From: Thermodesulfobacteriota bacterium
GTDB lineage: Bacteria > Desulfobacterota_D > UBA1144 > Nemesobacterales > Mycalebacteriaceae
Assembly: GCA_965205855.1 (NCBI GenBank)
Contig: OZ242184.1
Coordinates: 1,120,001 to 1,184,000, forward strand
Direction: 5' to 3'
Length of the DNA: 64,000 bases
The position numbers and the translations under genes were made by a program. Each line of letters starts with the position of its first letter. Within the stretch, counting starts at the first letter, position 1. Shown piece by piece: positions 30,640 to 40,039 of the stretch. Under the pieces are notes generated by a model. It worked only from the letters and a program-made list of their open reading frames with translations, ran no database searches and was not told the DNA's origin.

Positions 30640-31110
30640 ATGAAAATCGCCGATATCCTTACCAGAGAATCAATAATAGAATCCCTCGAGGCAACCAACA
30701 AAAAAGATACTCTGCTGGAAATATCTGAAAGAGCGGCAAGCCTTTCCCCGTTGCTGAAAGCCGATAAGCTTTTCAAGATGCTAATGGAAAGGGAAGAGGT
30801 GTGTAGCACGGCTCTTGACCACGGCGTGGCGGTGCCGCATCTGAGAATGCACGGACTTTTGGAACCCATAGCAACATTCGCGAGAAGCACAGAAGGCGTT
30901 GAGTTCGGCTCGCTGGACGGCAAACCGACACATCTTTTTATGACCATCATAGCGTCCGAGGCGCGCGCGGATGAATACATCTACCTGCTCTCCAAAGTAA
31001 CCTCGACTCTGAAAAAACCCCAAACCCGCGAGCGGATCGCCTCGGCGAATTCGGGAAAAGACATTCTTGAAACCCTCATTGAGGAAGACGACAGGAATGA
31101 CAACAGATAA
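30640..31110 (+). CDS. ptsN: PTS EIIA(Ntr)-type protein
   Basis: ERE..STA..GVAVPH phospho-His motif, FGSLDGKP. Confidence 0.88.
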   Translation: MKIADILTRESIIESLEATNKKDTLLEISERAASLSPLLKADKLFKMLMEREEVCSTALDHGVAVPHLRMHGLLEPIATFARSTEGVEFGSLDGKPTHLFMTIIASEARADEYIYLLSKVTSTLKKPQTRERIASANSGKDILETLIEEDDRNDNR

Positions 31111-32029
31111 AAAGGTCAGTGTCGGCGAACTCAAGAAGCAATGGTTCTCATCTCTTAAGCTGAGCAAAACTGCAGACGAAACCGGTTTTTCCGCTGTGAT
31201 AACAGGGGCGTCTGTACGCAAACCGGGGCTCAGAATGACCGAGAGGCCCATGAAGCTGGAAGCGGGATATGTCCATGTACTTGGAGAAACCGAATGCGCT
31301 TATATAGACAAACTGTCTTTGAAAAAGCGTGAAGAGCTTGCCGATGAGTTTGTTCGGCAGAAAATCCCATGCTTTATCGTATCGGATGGCATAAAGATAA
31401 ACGCCAAATTTAAGTCTTTTATGGAAGAAAGAGAAATCGCGGTTTTTAGGAGCAATATCGCCCTGGAAGCCCTTATGCTGAAACTCGGCGAGCTGCTTGA
31501 GTGGCAACTCGCTCCGTTCACGACAATGCACGCCACATTTGTGGTTGTGCACGGAACCGGAATCCTGCTTATGGGAAAAAGCGGAATGGGCAAAAGCGAA
31601 TGCGCACTGGAACTTATTGTGAGAGGCGGGAAATTTGTTTCGGATGATATTGTGGAAGTTAAAAGAGTGGGCAACCGCCTGATCGGCTCGGCTCCCGAAG
31701 CAGTCAAGCATTTTATAGAGATACGGGGAGTGGGCATATTAAATATAGGCGACCTGTTCGGTAGAACTTCGGTTATGGAAAGCCATTTTATTGACATGGT
31801 TATAAACATTGAGCCGTGGGGGAAAAACATGGAATTCGAGCGGCTCGGGTTTGAAAATAGAACAATGAAAATCCTTAAAATAGACCTTCCCGCGGCGGAC
31901 ATCCCCGTGCGTCCCGGAAGAAACATCTCCACGCTCGCGGAAGTCGCGGTCAGAAATCACATTTTGAAAACAAACGGGATAAGTCCTTACGACTCTCTCC
32001 CCGAAAGCATAACGGGACCGAAAAAGTGA
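31097..32029 (+). CDS. hprK: HPr kinase/phosphorylase
   Basis: GKSGMGKSECALEL, SDD, EIRGVGI, PVRPGRN. Confidence 0.94.
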   Translation: MTTDKKVSVGELKKQWFSSLKLSKTADETGFSAVITGASVRKPGLRMTERPMKLEAGYVHVLGETECAYIDKLSLKKREELADEFVRQKIPCFIVSDGIKINAKFKSFMEEREIAVFRSNIALEALMLKLGELLEWQLAPFTTMHATFVVVHGTGILLMGKSGMGKSECALELIVRGGKFVSDDIVEVKRVGNRLIGSAPEAVKHFIEIRGVGILNIGDLFGRTSVMESHFIDMVINIEPWGKNMEFERLGFENRTMKILKIDLPAADIPVRPGRNISTLAEVAVRNHILKTNGISPYDSLPESITGPKK

Positions 32030-32871
32030 AACTACTTCTGATAATCACCGGTCTTTCCGGCGCGGGAAAAAGCACGGCACTAAGTCTTTTTGAAGATATG
32101 AATTTTATGTGCACCGATAATATGCCGACAAACCTGATAATTCCTTTTGTGGAAGAGCACGAGGGGCCCTTTGCCGTTGTTGTTGATTCCCGAACCCTCG
32201 GAGGAAATCTTTTTGAAAGCATCTCCGGGGTCGCGGAGGAATTAAAAAGCCGCGCGAAGGTTGAGATTGTCTTTCTTGAATCCTCGGATGAAACGCTTTT
32301 GAAACGCTACGGAGAAACACGCAGAAACCATCCTCTCGCGAGGGACGGAAACATTGCTGAGGGAATAAAAAAAGAGCGGTTTCTGCTAAAGGGGTTGAGA
32401 GAAAATTCGGACACCATCCTGGATACAAGCCACCTCAACACTCATGAACTCAGGGAGCGGCTTGCGTCTTCGGTATCGGTGAAAGAAACACGCGATATGC
32501 GAGTCAACATAACCTCTTTCGGGTTCAAGCACGGCCGTCCTCCCGACGCGGATATGGTATTTGACGCGCGTATCCTACCAAATCCGAACTTCACCCCGCA
32601 GCTCAAACCCCTCAACGGGAAGGACGGGGAAATCAGGGAGTTTGTTTTCTCGGGCGGAGTCGCCGAAAGGTTTCTTGACAAAACCGCGGACATAATTGAT
32701 TTTGTAGTCGGTTCATACAAGGGAAAGGATAAACTTTATCTGAATGTCGCAATCGGGTGCACGGGAGGCAGACACAGGTCTGTCGCAATCGCGGAAGCGC
32801 TTGGAGAAAGACTCACGACCGGCAACATAAAAGATATGAGCGTAAGCCACAGGGACATAGGGAAAAACTGA
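32026..32871 (+). CDS. rapZ: RNase adaptor RapZ/YvcJ
   Basis: GLSGAGKS, ETRRNHPL, SFGFKHG, GCTGGRHRSV. Confidence 0.95.
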   Translation: MKLLLIITGLSGAGKSTALSLFEDMNFMCTDNMPTNLIIPFVEEHEGPFAVVVDSRTLGGNLFESISGVAEELKSRAKVEIVFLESSDETLLKRYGETRRNHPLARDGNIAEGIKKERFLLKGLRENSDTILDTSHLNTHELRERLASSVSVKETRDMRVNITSFGFKHGRPPDADMVFDARILPNPNFTPQLKPLNGKDGEIREFVFSGGVAERFLDKTADIIDFVVGSYKGKDKLYLNVAIGCTGGRHRSVAIAEALGERLTTGNIKDMSVSHRDIGKN

Positions 32872-32872
32872 G

Positions 32873-33307
32873 ATGAAACTCATACTTGTCGTAACACACG
32901 GGGAGCTTGCCGATGAACTCATAAAAACTGTTGAGTTTGTTCTCGGTGAAAAGCCCGCCGTTGAAATCAGAAGCGTCTCATTTGTCCCCAAAGGCGGATT
33001 TGAAGCGCTGTCGGGCGAGATAAAAAAACACCTCAAGGGCAACTGGAAAGGAGTAATAATCCTGACCGATATGTTCGGAGGAACACCGTCAAACGTCAGT
33101 CTTACCTTCCTTGAGCCGGGAGAGGTTGAGATTCTAACTGGCGTAAACCTCCCGATGCTTTTAAAACTCGCCACCCTCAAACCGGACACGCCCATTGAGA
33201 AATCCGTAAACGCGGCGAAAAAAGCCGGCAGAGAAAATGTTGTTTCGGCAAGCGATATTCTAAACAAAAGCATCACGAGAAAAACATCCGGAAAAGGCGC
33301 GAAATGA
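32873..33307 (+). CDS. PTS mannose-type EIIA component
   Basis: VVTHG, LTDMFGGTPSN, GVNLPML. Confidence 0.92.
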   Translation: MKLILVVTHGELADELIKTVEFVLGEKPAVEIRSVSFVPKGGFEALSGEIKKHLKGNWKGVIILTDMFGGTPSNVSLTFLEPGEVEILTGVNLPMLLKLATLKPDTPIEKSVNAAKKAGRENVVSASDILNKSITRKTSGKGAK

Positions 33308-33633
33308 ACGAAGAACAGTTCAACAAAGCGGTTGATAGGTGGAAAAAGTTCATACTGAACGGCCCCCTTGCCGAATACAGCCTTGAGATAGACCCCAAAA
33401 TTCCGAGAGAGTTCGCCGCAGTCGCATTATTTCTGGATATTCAGACCATCAGAGCATCGGGAAACGAGGGAAAATACTACGAGGGTTACAGGGAGGCGTC
33501 TTCGGACACTCTGAAATTTATGGGAATTGAGATGTTTCAGGACGATTCGCAAAAGAAAATAGCGCTTGTTCCCTCATCCCACGACCCCGAGGCGCAGGCG
33601 AAACTCACCCGCTCAATGTGGGGAGAAGTGTAA
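33304..33633 (+). CDS. Hypothetical protein
   Basis: ATGA overlap with EIIA gene; 109-aa ORF inside the operon. Confidence 0.7.
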   Translation: MNEEQFNKAVDRWKKFILNGPLAEYSLEIDPKIPREFAAVALFLDIQTIRASGNEGKYYEGYREASSDTLKFMGIEMFQDDSQKKIALVPSSHDPEAQAKLTRSMWGEV

Positions 33634-33650
33634 AAACCGCCAGAGATGCC

Positions 33651-34448
33651 ATGCGGCTTGTTGACAGATTTGACGCCTTTCTCATAGATATTGACGGCAC
33701 GGTGGTATCGGGAGAAAAACCTGTTGCGAAATCCAAAAACTCTCTGCGGAAACTGCGTAAAACGGGAAAGCCCTTTCTGTTTGTAACAAACAACGCGCGG
33801 CTCACGCCTGCGAAATGGGCAACTCGGCTTGAGAAAACCGGAATAGAGGCGAAACCGGATGAAGTTGTAACATCGGCAAATTCAACCGCGGATTTCATAA
33901 AACGGAAATATAAAAACCCCGAATTAAAAAAAGCGTTTGTATCGGGCAGTGTCGCGCTTGTTTCCGAGGTAAAGAAAACCGGAATTAAACTTATAAAACC
34001 CGATGAGGTTTGTGGCGGATGCGATCTTGTAATAATCGGCGGACATCCGGGTTTCGGGTATGCGGATATTGCTACGGCGGGAACCGCGATAATAAACGGC
34101 GCGGAGTTTATTGCGACAAATTCAAATTTTGTCTATCCGGCGGGGGATGGAAGATTTATGCCCGCAACTGGGGCGCTTGCGGCGGCTATAGAAAAAGTTT
34201 CAGGGAAAAGGCCAGTAATTACGGGGAAACCGCATCGGGGGATTTTCAGAATGTGTCTGGAGATTCTCGGTGTGCCAGCAGATAAAATGGCGGTTGTTGG
34301 AGACAGTTTGAAAACTGATATAAAAGGCGGAAAACAGGCGGGGGTTAAAACTGTTCTTACGCTTACGGGGATTTCATCGCGGGAAGATGCGGGAAAGTTT
34401 CGGTATAAGCCGGATTATGTGATTGGGGATTTGAGTGGGTTATTTTGA
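33651..34448 (+). CDS. HAD-IIA hydrolase (NagD-like)
   Basis: DIDGT, VTNNA, GKP, VGDSLKTDI..G, LTGIS. Confidence 0.92.
   Translation: MRLVDRFDAFLIDIDGTVVSGEKPVAKSKNSLRKLRKTGKPFLFVTNNARLTPAKWATRLEKTGIEAKPDEVVTSANSTADFIKRKYKNPELKKAFVSGSVALVSEVKKTGIKLIKPDEVCGGCDLVIIGGHPGFGYADIATAGTAIINGAEFIATNSNFVYPAGDGRFMPATGALAAAIEKVSGKRPVITGKPHRGIFRMCLEILGVPADKMAVVGDSLKTDIKGGKQAGVKTVLTLTGISSREDAGKFRYKPDYVIGDLSGLF
34293..34448 (+). repeat. Direct repeat copy 1 (native 3' end of the HAD gene, ends TGA)
   Basis: 156 nt; 143/156 identical to 37145-37300 by hand alignment; last 36 nt also match 36308-36343. Confidence 0.95.
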
Positions 34449-34512
34449 GAAGTTAGTATTATATACTAGATAGCAGTCGTTTCTGGTAGAATTCACTTAT
34501 CGGGAGAATTTG

Positions 34513-35700
34513 ATGAAAATTGAAAATTTAAAACTAAAAAATTTTAAGGCTTTTCGTAACACAGAAATGACTAACCTGCCTGGTTTCTGCGTTATAGTCG
34601 GTGCCAACGGTAGTGGCAAAAGTACTATCTTCAGTGTGTTTGGGTTCTTGCGCGATGCAATGAATGCAAATGTTAATACAGCACTGACACGCCTTGGAGG
34701 TAGTAAGGGCTTTCAAGAGGTGCGAAGTCGTAAATCTGATGGTCCAATCGGAATTGAATTGAAGTTCCGTAAGGAAAGTGGAAGCCCACTGATAACATAC
34801 TATCTTGAGATTAATGAGAAGGATGGAAACGCCTTTGTGCAAAGAGAACTGCTTAAATATAGACGAGGAAGTCACGGACAACCATGGCGTTTTCTAGACT
34901 TCAACAATGGAAGTGGCATGGCAGTTACCAATGAACTTGATGAAGTTCGGCAGGATAGTGATTTAAAGCGAGAAGAACAGAAACTCAAATCCAATGACAT
35001 TCTTGCAATTAAGGGACTTGCACAATTTGAAAAGTTTCCAGCCGTTGTAGCGCTGGGAAATCTGATTGAGCGTTGGCATATTTCTGATTTTCATATTAGT
35101 AAAGCAAGACCTGAACAAGAAGCCGGTTATGCCGAACATCTTTCACGAGAAGGAGAAAATCTCTCTCTGGTTGTAGAATATTTACACAATCATCACCAAA
35201 AAATATTTATTCAAATTCTTGAGTCACTGAAAAATCGAGTTCCCGGAATTTCCAATGTTGAATCAAAAACTACTGAAGAAGGCAGAGTATTATTAAAATT
35301 TCAAGATGGTGCCTTTGAAGACCCGTTTCTTGCACGCTATGTGTCAGACGGCACAATTAAAATGCTTGCTTATTTAACTCTGCTCTACGACCCTGCTCCC
35401 CATGACTTACTTTGCGTTGAAGAGCCAGAAAATCAGCTTTATCCTAAATTACTAGATGAACTGGCTGAAGAATTCAGAGGATATGCTGAACGAGGTGGTC
35501 AAGTGTTTGTTTCCACACACTCTCCAGATTTTTTAAATGCCACTAAATTGGACGAAGTTTTCTGGTTGGAAAAACAGGGTGGTTATACTGCAATTAAAAG
35601 AGCATCAAAGGATGGGCAAGTCAAGAGATATATGCAAGACGGTGACAAGATGGGTTATCTTTGGAAAGAAGGCTTTTTCGGAGATGTAAACCCGAAATGA
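34513..35700 (+). CDS. ABC-type (AAA_21/OLD-like) ATPase
   Basis: LKNFKAF, GANGSGKS, SDGT signature, VEEPENQLYP, STHSP; AT-rich. Confidence 0.9.
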   Translation: MKIENLKLKNFKAFRNTEMTNLPGFCVIVGANGSGKSTIFSVFGFLRDAMNANVNTALTRLGGSKGFQEVRSRKSDGPIGIELKFRKESGSPLITYYLEINEKDGNAFVQRELLKYRRGSHGQPWRFLDFNNGSGMAVTNELDEVRQDSDLKREEQKLKSNDILAIKGLAQFEKFPAVVALGNLIERWHISDFHISKARPEQEAGYAEHLSREGENLSLVVEYLHNHHQKIFIQILESLKNRVPGISNVESKTTEEGRVLLKFQDGAFEDPFLARYVSDGTIKMLAYLTLLYDPAPHDLLCVEEPENQLYPKLLDELAEEFRGYAERGGQVFVSTHSPDFLNATKLDEVFWLEKQGGYTAIKRASKDGQVKRYMQDGDKMGYLWKEGFFGDVNPK

Positions 35701-36257
35701 GGACTCTTGCTTGTTTCCTTGAGGAACCTTCGGCACAAGAAATGTTGAAAGGTATTTTACCTCGTCTCTTACCCGAAGATATTTATGTTCGCTATATTAT
35801 ATTTGAAGGCAAACAAGACTTAGACAAAAAAGTTGAACGGAAACTTAGGAGTTGGTTAAAGCCAAATTCACTATTTTTAATAATGAGAGATCAAGACATG
35901 AATGATTGTAGAGATATTAAGCAATCTCTAATGCAGAAAATTCATAAAAGCAAAAAGTCTAATTCTGCTTGTTGCGTAAGAATTGCATGTCACGAACTGG
36001 AAAGCTTCTATCTTGGAGATTTAGATGCTGTAAAAAATGGACTTGCAATTAACAATATACAAACAAGCTACTCAGACCCCGACAGCATACAAAACCCTTC
36101 TCAACTATTGAAAAAAATAACTCGTAACAAATATAAAAAAATTGCTGGCTCAAGAAAAATTGCACACTATCTCAATCTGGATGGCAGGAATTGCTCCAGA
36201 AGTTTCAATGCTCTACTATATGGATTGAGAACACTAACAAATATAACTCTCTATTAA
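35697..36257 (+). CDS. DUF4276-like protein (TOPRIM/RloB-like nuclease partner)
   Basis: FLEEPSA, FEGKQDL, RDQD, ELESFYLGD, SRSF; ATGA-coupled to the ATPase. Confidence 0.8.
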   Translation: MRTLACFLEEPSAQEMLKGILPRLLPEDIYVRYIIFEGKQDLDKKVERKLRSWLKPNSLFLIMRDQDMNDCRDIKQSLMQKIHKSKKSNSACCVRIACHELESFYLGDLDAVKNGLAINNIQTSYSDPDSIQNPSQLLKKITRNKYKKIAGSRKIAHYLNLDGRNCSRSFNALLYGLRTLTNITLY

Positions 36258-36307
36258 TCTTTGCAGAAATTTCATTGAAGACACAAAGAGGCTTCATTAT
36301 AAACATA

Positions 36308-36343
36308 GATTATGTGATTGAGGATTTGAGTGGGTTATTTTAG
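36308..36343 (+). repeat. Direct repeat copy 2 (36-nt copy of the HAD 3' end, ends TAG)
   Basis: gattatgtgattgaggatttgagtgggttattttag; 33/36 identical to 34413-34448. Confidence 0.9.
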
Positions 36344-36348
36344 AAATA

Positions 36349-36570
36349 TCAGGATTTTGTAAATTCAGATCTGGACAATCTGGTTTTTCTTATAATGGAT
36401 TTTAGAGTGCCTACGGGTATGTCTTTTGACTTGCGGGGAACAGTAACCTCTATCCCGCTTTTGGCATGAACATATGTAAAATGACTTCCTTTTGTCCGGT
36501 CAAGTCTAAACCCGTTATTCATAAGGATTTCCCTAACCTTGAGGAAAGGCAGAGGTCTCAGTTTGCTCAA
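36349..36570 (-). CDS. hicA: HicA-family toxin (mRNA interferase)
   Basis: GF..R.KGSH...H...VTVP...IPVGTLKSIIR. Confidence 0.88.
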   Translation of the reverse strand: MSKLRPLPFLKVREILMNNGFRLDRTKGSHFTYVHAKSGIEVTVPRKSKDIPVGTLKSIIRKTRLSRSEFTKS

Positions 36571-36824
36571 CTGTTAAGATCCAGAGGTATTATCTTTCTG
36601 ACACTATCCAGAGGAATTGTCAGGTCTGGTTGAATCGCATTCGTAATCACTTTTCCAATATCTTCACCGGAGGCGCCGGAAATGTGCAATTCCACGGCTT
36701 CTTTCAGACTGTCAACTGCTTCCTCGACTGTCTCCCCATAACTGGAAACATCTACATTAAGGCATTGAGATACAAAAACATCTTCTTCCTGCCAAACTGC
36801 AATATCAATAACAACTTTTTCCAT
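36567..36824 (-). CDS. hicB: HicB-family antitoxin (short form)
   Basis: SQC..VSSYGETVEEAVDSLKEAVEL; TTGA overlap with hicA. Confidence 0.85.
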   Translation of the reverse strand: MEKVVIDIAVWQEEDVFVSQCLNVDVSSYGETVEEAVDSLKEAVELHISGASGEDIGKVITNAIQPDLTIPLDSVRKIIPLDLNS

Positions 36825-36876
36825 TAACTCACCTCTTACTATAGGGAAGGAATTATAGTTTCCATCTGTGTAAGTG

Positions 36877-37149
36877 TCAAAGTTTCAGATACACGTTATA
36901 CATCTCAAACCGTAAGCCAGCCTTCAAAAAATCTGACTCCATTTTCCTTTCACAAAGCAAATACAACTTCTCTTTTGCTCTCGTCATTCCCACATAAAAT
37001 AGTCTTTGCTCCTCTGCCAACACTTTGGCAGGTGTTGAACCAAAAATCTCATTAAGGCTCTCATCAGGATGTATAAGCGGATACTCCCCTTGATTAACAC
37101 AAAGCATAATTACAATATCTGCTTCAAGTCCCTTAAAACTGTGTGTTGT
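36877..37149 (-). pseudogene. C-terminal fragment of a UvrD/HelD-like helicase
   Basis: TTHSFKGLEADIV (motif V) and EEQRLFYVGMTRAK (motif VI); the upstream part is replaced by repeat copy 3. Confidence 0.85.
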
Positions 37150-37300
37150 TGGAGACAGTTTGAAAACTGATATAAAAGGCGGAAAACAGGCGAGGATTAA
37201 AACTGTTTTTACGCTTATGGGAATTTCATCGCGGGAGAATTCTGGAAAGTTTCGGTATAAGCCGGATTATGTGATTGAGGGTTTGAGTGGGTTGTTTTAA
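37145..37300 (+). repeat. Direct repeat copy 3 (156-nt copy of the HAD 3' end, ends TAA)
   Basis: First 48 nt identical to 34293-34340; no indels; about 92% identity overall. Confidence 0.95.
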
Positions 37301-37348
37301 GAACGACGACTCCAAATCTTCTCCATAAATAGATTTAAACCTGAAATG

Positions 37349-40039
37349 TCAATGTGTCGGCAGACTTTCTGTGTAAGAACACTTTGCAACACTATTATAT
37401 TGAGAACAACCTAAAAACTCCCCATAACTACCTGTTTTTCTTTCCAAAACACCCTTTCCACACTGCGGGCAAATTTTGTACTTAAGCCCACAAAAGCATA
37501 TATAAGACTTGTTACTATCCAGCTCATTTAAGTCAACGGCAGCGTCACATCCTTCATTTGTACAAATTGGCAAAACACCATTACATAAGGGCCAATGTGA
37601 ACAACCATAGAAATATTTGCCATCATTGGTTGGTTTTTTTTGAATTGTTTGCCCCTTACACTCAGGGCAGAACAGTATCATTGATACTGCATTCTTCTCT
37701 ACATCAACAAAAGGTTCGTATACACCTTTACTTTCCTCCATTTTTCCCCTTGTATCTGCACGCGGTTCTATTTCCTTAATGAATTTGGACGCTTTCCCAG
37801 TTGGCACAAGTAGAAACACACCTTGTCGTGTACGAGTAACTGCAACGTAGAAAAGCCGTCTCTCTTCCGCGTTCGGGTAACTGTCATTATCCGGCAATAT
37901 CATTCTTAAAACTGGGTCATCTTGGACTTCAGACGGAAACCCCAAACCATCTGGATCTGATTTGTTTTCAAGTATGACAACCCAATCACTTTCTCTGCCT
38001 TTCGACTTGTGAATTGTGCTGAATTCCATGTCAACCTCATTTGATTTGGCGTATTGCGTAATCTCTCTCCACCTAACAGGCTTGTTGTAATTGTAGCGCC
38101 CCAGAACAAAACATTTATGTGTTTTTTGCCCCGATTGGCTGACAATATAATCAACAACTTTATCAAATGCTTTCTTGTATTCCATTGGTTCGTGGTAAAT
38201 AATTTTTATTGGCCTATCTTCATCTTTGGAAGCAATGCTTGATTTAATATCTTTGTTTAATTGTGCTGGATTTTGCGTGATAAAGGTGCTACTAAAATCA
38301 CTAACTTTTTGAGGGTATCGAAATGTTTGGTCTAAATCAGTACGTTGCATTGCATCCACATAATTTTCAAAGCCTGTAATCAGGCTTACATTTGCGCCTT
38401 GAAATTGGTAAATAGATTGCCAATCATCACCAACGCAGAATAATCTGGCATTTTCTACCTGACTTTGTAGGGATAACAAGAACTCCAAACGAACCTTTGT
38501 TATGTCTTGATATTCATCCACCAGAATATATTTATAGTTAGATTGATATTTTCCATTTTTTACATATTCCATGCCATGAACAATCATATCAGTAAAATCT
38601 ACTTCGTCATCAGATTGCAATTTATCTTCATAGAATTTCCTCAGAATATTAAATATCAGTAAAAACGCTCGGTCTCTAATAGAAACTGAACTTTCTTCAA
38701 GTTTTTGTTTGTCTAATTTGTTTTCTCTACATAAAGAGAGAAACCGTACAACCAGTTTAATAAAATTGGGAATGGGCTTGAATCTATTTTCTACAATTTG
38801 GTTAATAGTTTTATTAGATATTTGCCGTTTTTTCACACCATAATTCACTAGTTTCTCTTCAAGAGATTTTGTCAATCCACCATTCTTTTTTGTTTCGTAA
38901 CTGTATGTTTCTACAAGACGGGTTTTATTCTGCTTGTGTATATTACGTTTCCACTCAATTCCTTCATTATATTCTTTTTTATTAACATAAGGGGCGGTAT
39001 TGCCATGCTCGTCAATGCCAAAGTGTTCAACCCATATATTATATTCCGGTAAATAAAAATCCGGTTTGTATTGTTTTTTGCTTTCGTTATGTGGGTAGTC
39101 CCGTTCGTATTCCCATTCTATACCATTCAGAATCAACCAGTTCGCAATCGCAACTTCCTGGCGACTTTTGAGTTTGCTACCATCAAGACTCCTAAGTTCA
39201 AAAGGGCTAATCCTGCTAAGATATTCATCTTTGGTTTTCACTCCCTTCTCCAGATCTCCTTCAAATTGGGAAGCAGTAAAGAAATTTATAAGCAAATCAT
39301 TGGTGGAGTTACTTTTGAACAATTCCTTTATTTTTTCAATAAAAAAACCTCCCATTTTCCTTTCATCATCTGCAAAACTGCTTATGACAACTTGGGTGCT
39401 TTCAGTCTCTCGCATAATCTCAAGACCGAGAGAATGGAATGTCGTAACTTTGATATCAGAGGATATTTTTTCAATTTTTTCCTCTATCTCCTCTTGGATT
39501 TTTTTATTGTAAACAACAATCAAAATTTCAGCAGGTTTTGCCAAATTCCACTCAAAAATATATTGAATTTTACCGAGTATGGTCCGAGTCTTACCAGAAC
39601 CCGCACCGGCATTAACTAAATTGGCATCTTCATCTCTTACAACAGCAAGCCGTTGAGATTCTGTCAACCCCAGACTGTCAAACAATTTCCCGGACTCTTC
39701 CAGACGCTTCCGAACAAATTGTTTGTTAATTTCATACGATAGACCATTCTGTCTTGCCTTGAGATAAGACAGACGCAAACTTTCATCAAAAAGGTCGGGA
39801 TTTATTAATGAATGGTCAAAAGTTTTTATATAAACGCCTTCACGCGAATTCAGCCATTTTTGCACTTTTGCGTTATTTAGGTATTCACCACCGGCAAGTC
39901 TTTCAAGTTTCGCTTTGGCATTTTCAAATAAAGTCAAAAAAGATTTTGCATATTTGGCGGATTTTTCTCTTTTTTTTCTTTTATGAAGAAAGTAGAGCGT
40001 AGTAATGGAAACTGCTACGACAACAATCAAACTAAACAT
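37349..40039 (-). CDS. UvrD/helicase IV-like SF1 helicase with N-terminal TM segment, inserted PD-(D/E)xK-like domain and C-terminal zinc ribbons
   Basis: AGAGSGKT, VDEYQD, VGDDWQSIY, TIHKSKG, ERRLFYVAVTR; KSRQE..IANWL..YE..PDFYL...VEHFG; CPEC/CPQC ribbons; AT-rich. Confidence 0.9.
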   Translation of the reverse strand: MFSLIVVVAVSITTLYFLHKRKKREKSAKYAKSFLTLFENAKAKLERLAGGEYLNNAKVQKWLNSREGVYIKTFDHSLINPDLFDESLRLSYLKARQNGLSYEINKQFVRKRLEESGKLFDSLGLTESQRLAVVRDEDANLVNAGAGSGKTRTILGKIQYIFEWNLAKPAEILIVVYNKKIQEEIEEKIEKISSDIKVTTFHSLGLEIMRETESTQVVISSFADDERKMGGFFIEKIKELFKSNSTNDLLINFFTASQFEGDLEKGVKTKDEYLSRISPFELRSLDGSKLKSRQEVAIANWLILNGIEWEYERDYPHNESKKQYKPDFYLPEYNIWVEHFGIDEHGNTAPYVNKKEYNEGIEWKRNIHKQNKTRLVETYSYETKKNGGLTKSLEEKLVNYGVKKRQISNKTINQIVENRFKPIPNFIKLVVRFLSLCRENKLDKQKLEESSVSIRDRAFLLIFNILRKFYEDKLQSDDEVDFTDMIVHGMEYVKNGKYQSNYKYILVDEYQDITKVRLEFLLSLQSQVENARLFCVGDDWQSIYQFQGANVSLITGFENYVDAMQRTDLDQTFRYPQKVSDFSSTFITQNPAQLNKDIKSSIASKDEDRPIKIIYHEPMEYKKAFDKVVDYIVSQSGQKTHKCFVLGRYNYNKPVRWREITQYAKSNEVDMEFSTIHKSKGRESDWVVILENKSDPDGLGFPSEVQDDPVLRMILPDNDSYPNAEERRLFYVAVTRTRQGVFLLVPTGKASKFIKEIEPRADTRGKMEESKGVYEPFVDVEKNAVSMILFCPECKGQTIQKKPTNDGKYFYGCSHWPLCNGVLPICTNEGCDAAVDLNELDSNKSYICFCGLKYKICPQCGKGVLERKTGSYGEFLGCSQYNSVAKCSYTESLPTH

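Noticed and set aside
34293-37300. CRISPR or integron attC interpretation of the 36-nt repeated core
   Set aside because: Spacing is 0.9-1.9 kb, the repeat is coding sequence of the HAD gene and is not palindromic, and no cas or intI gene is present.
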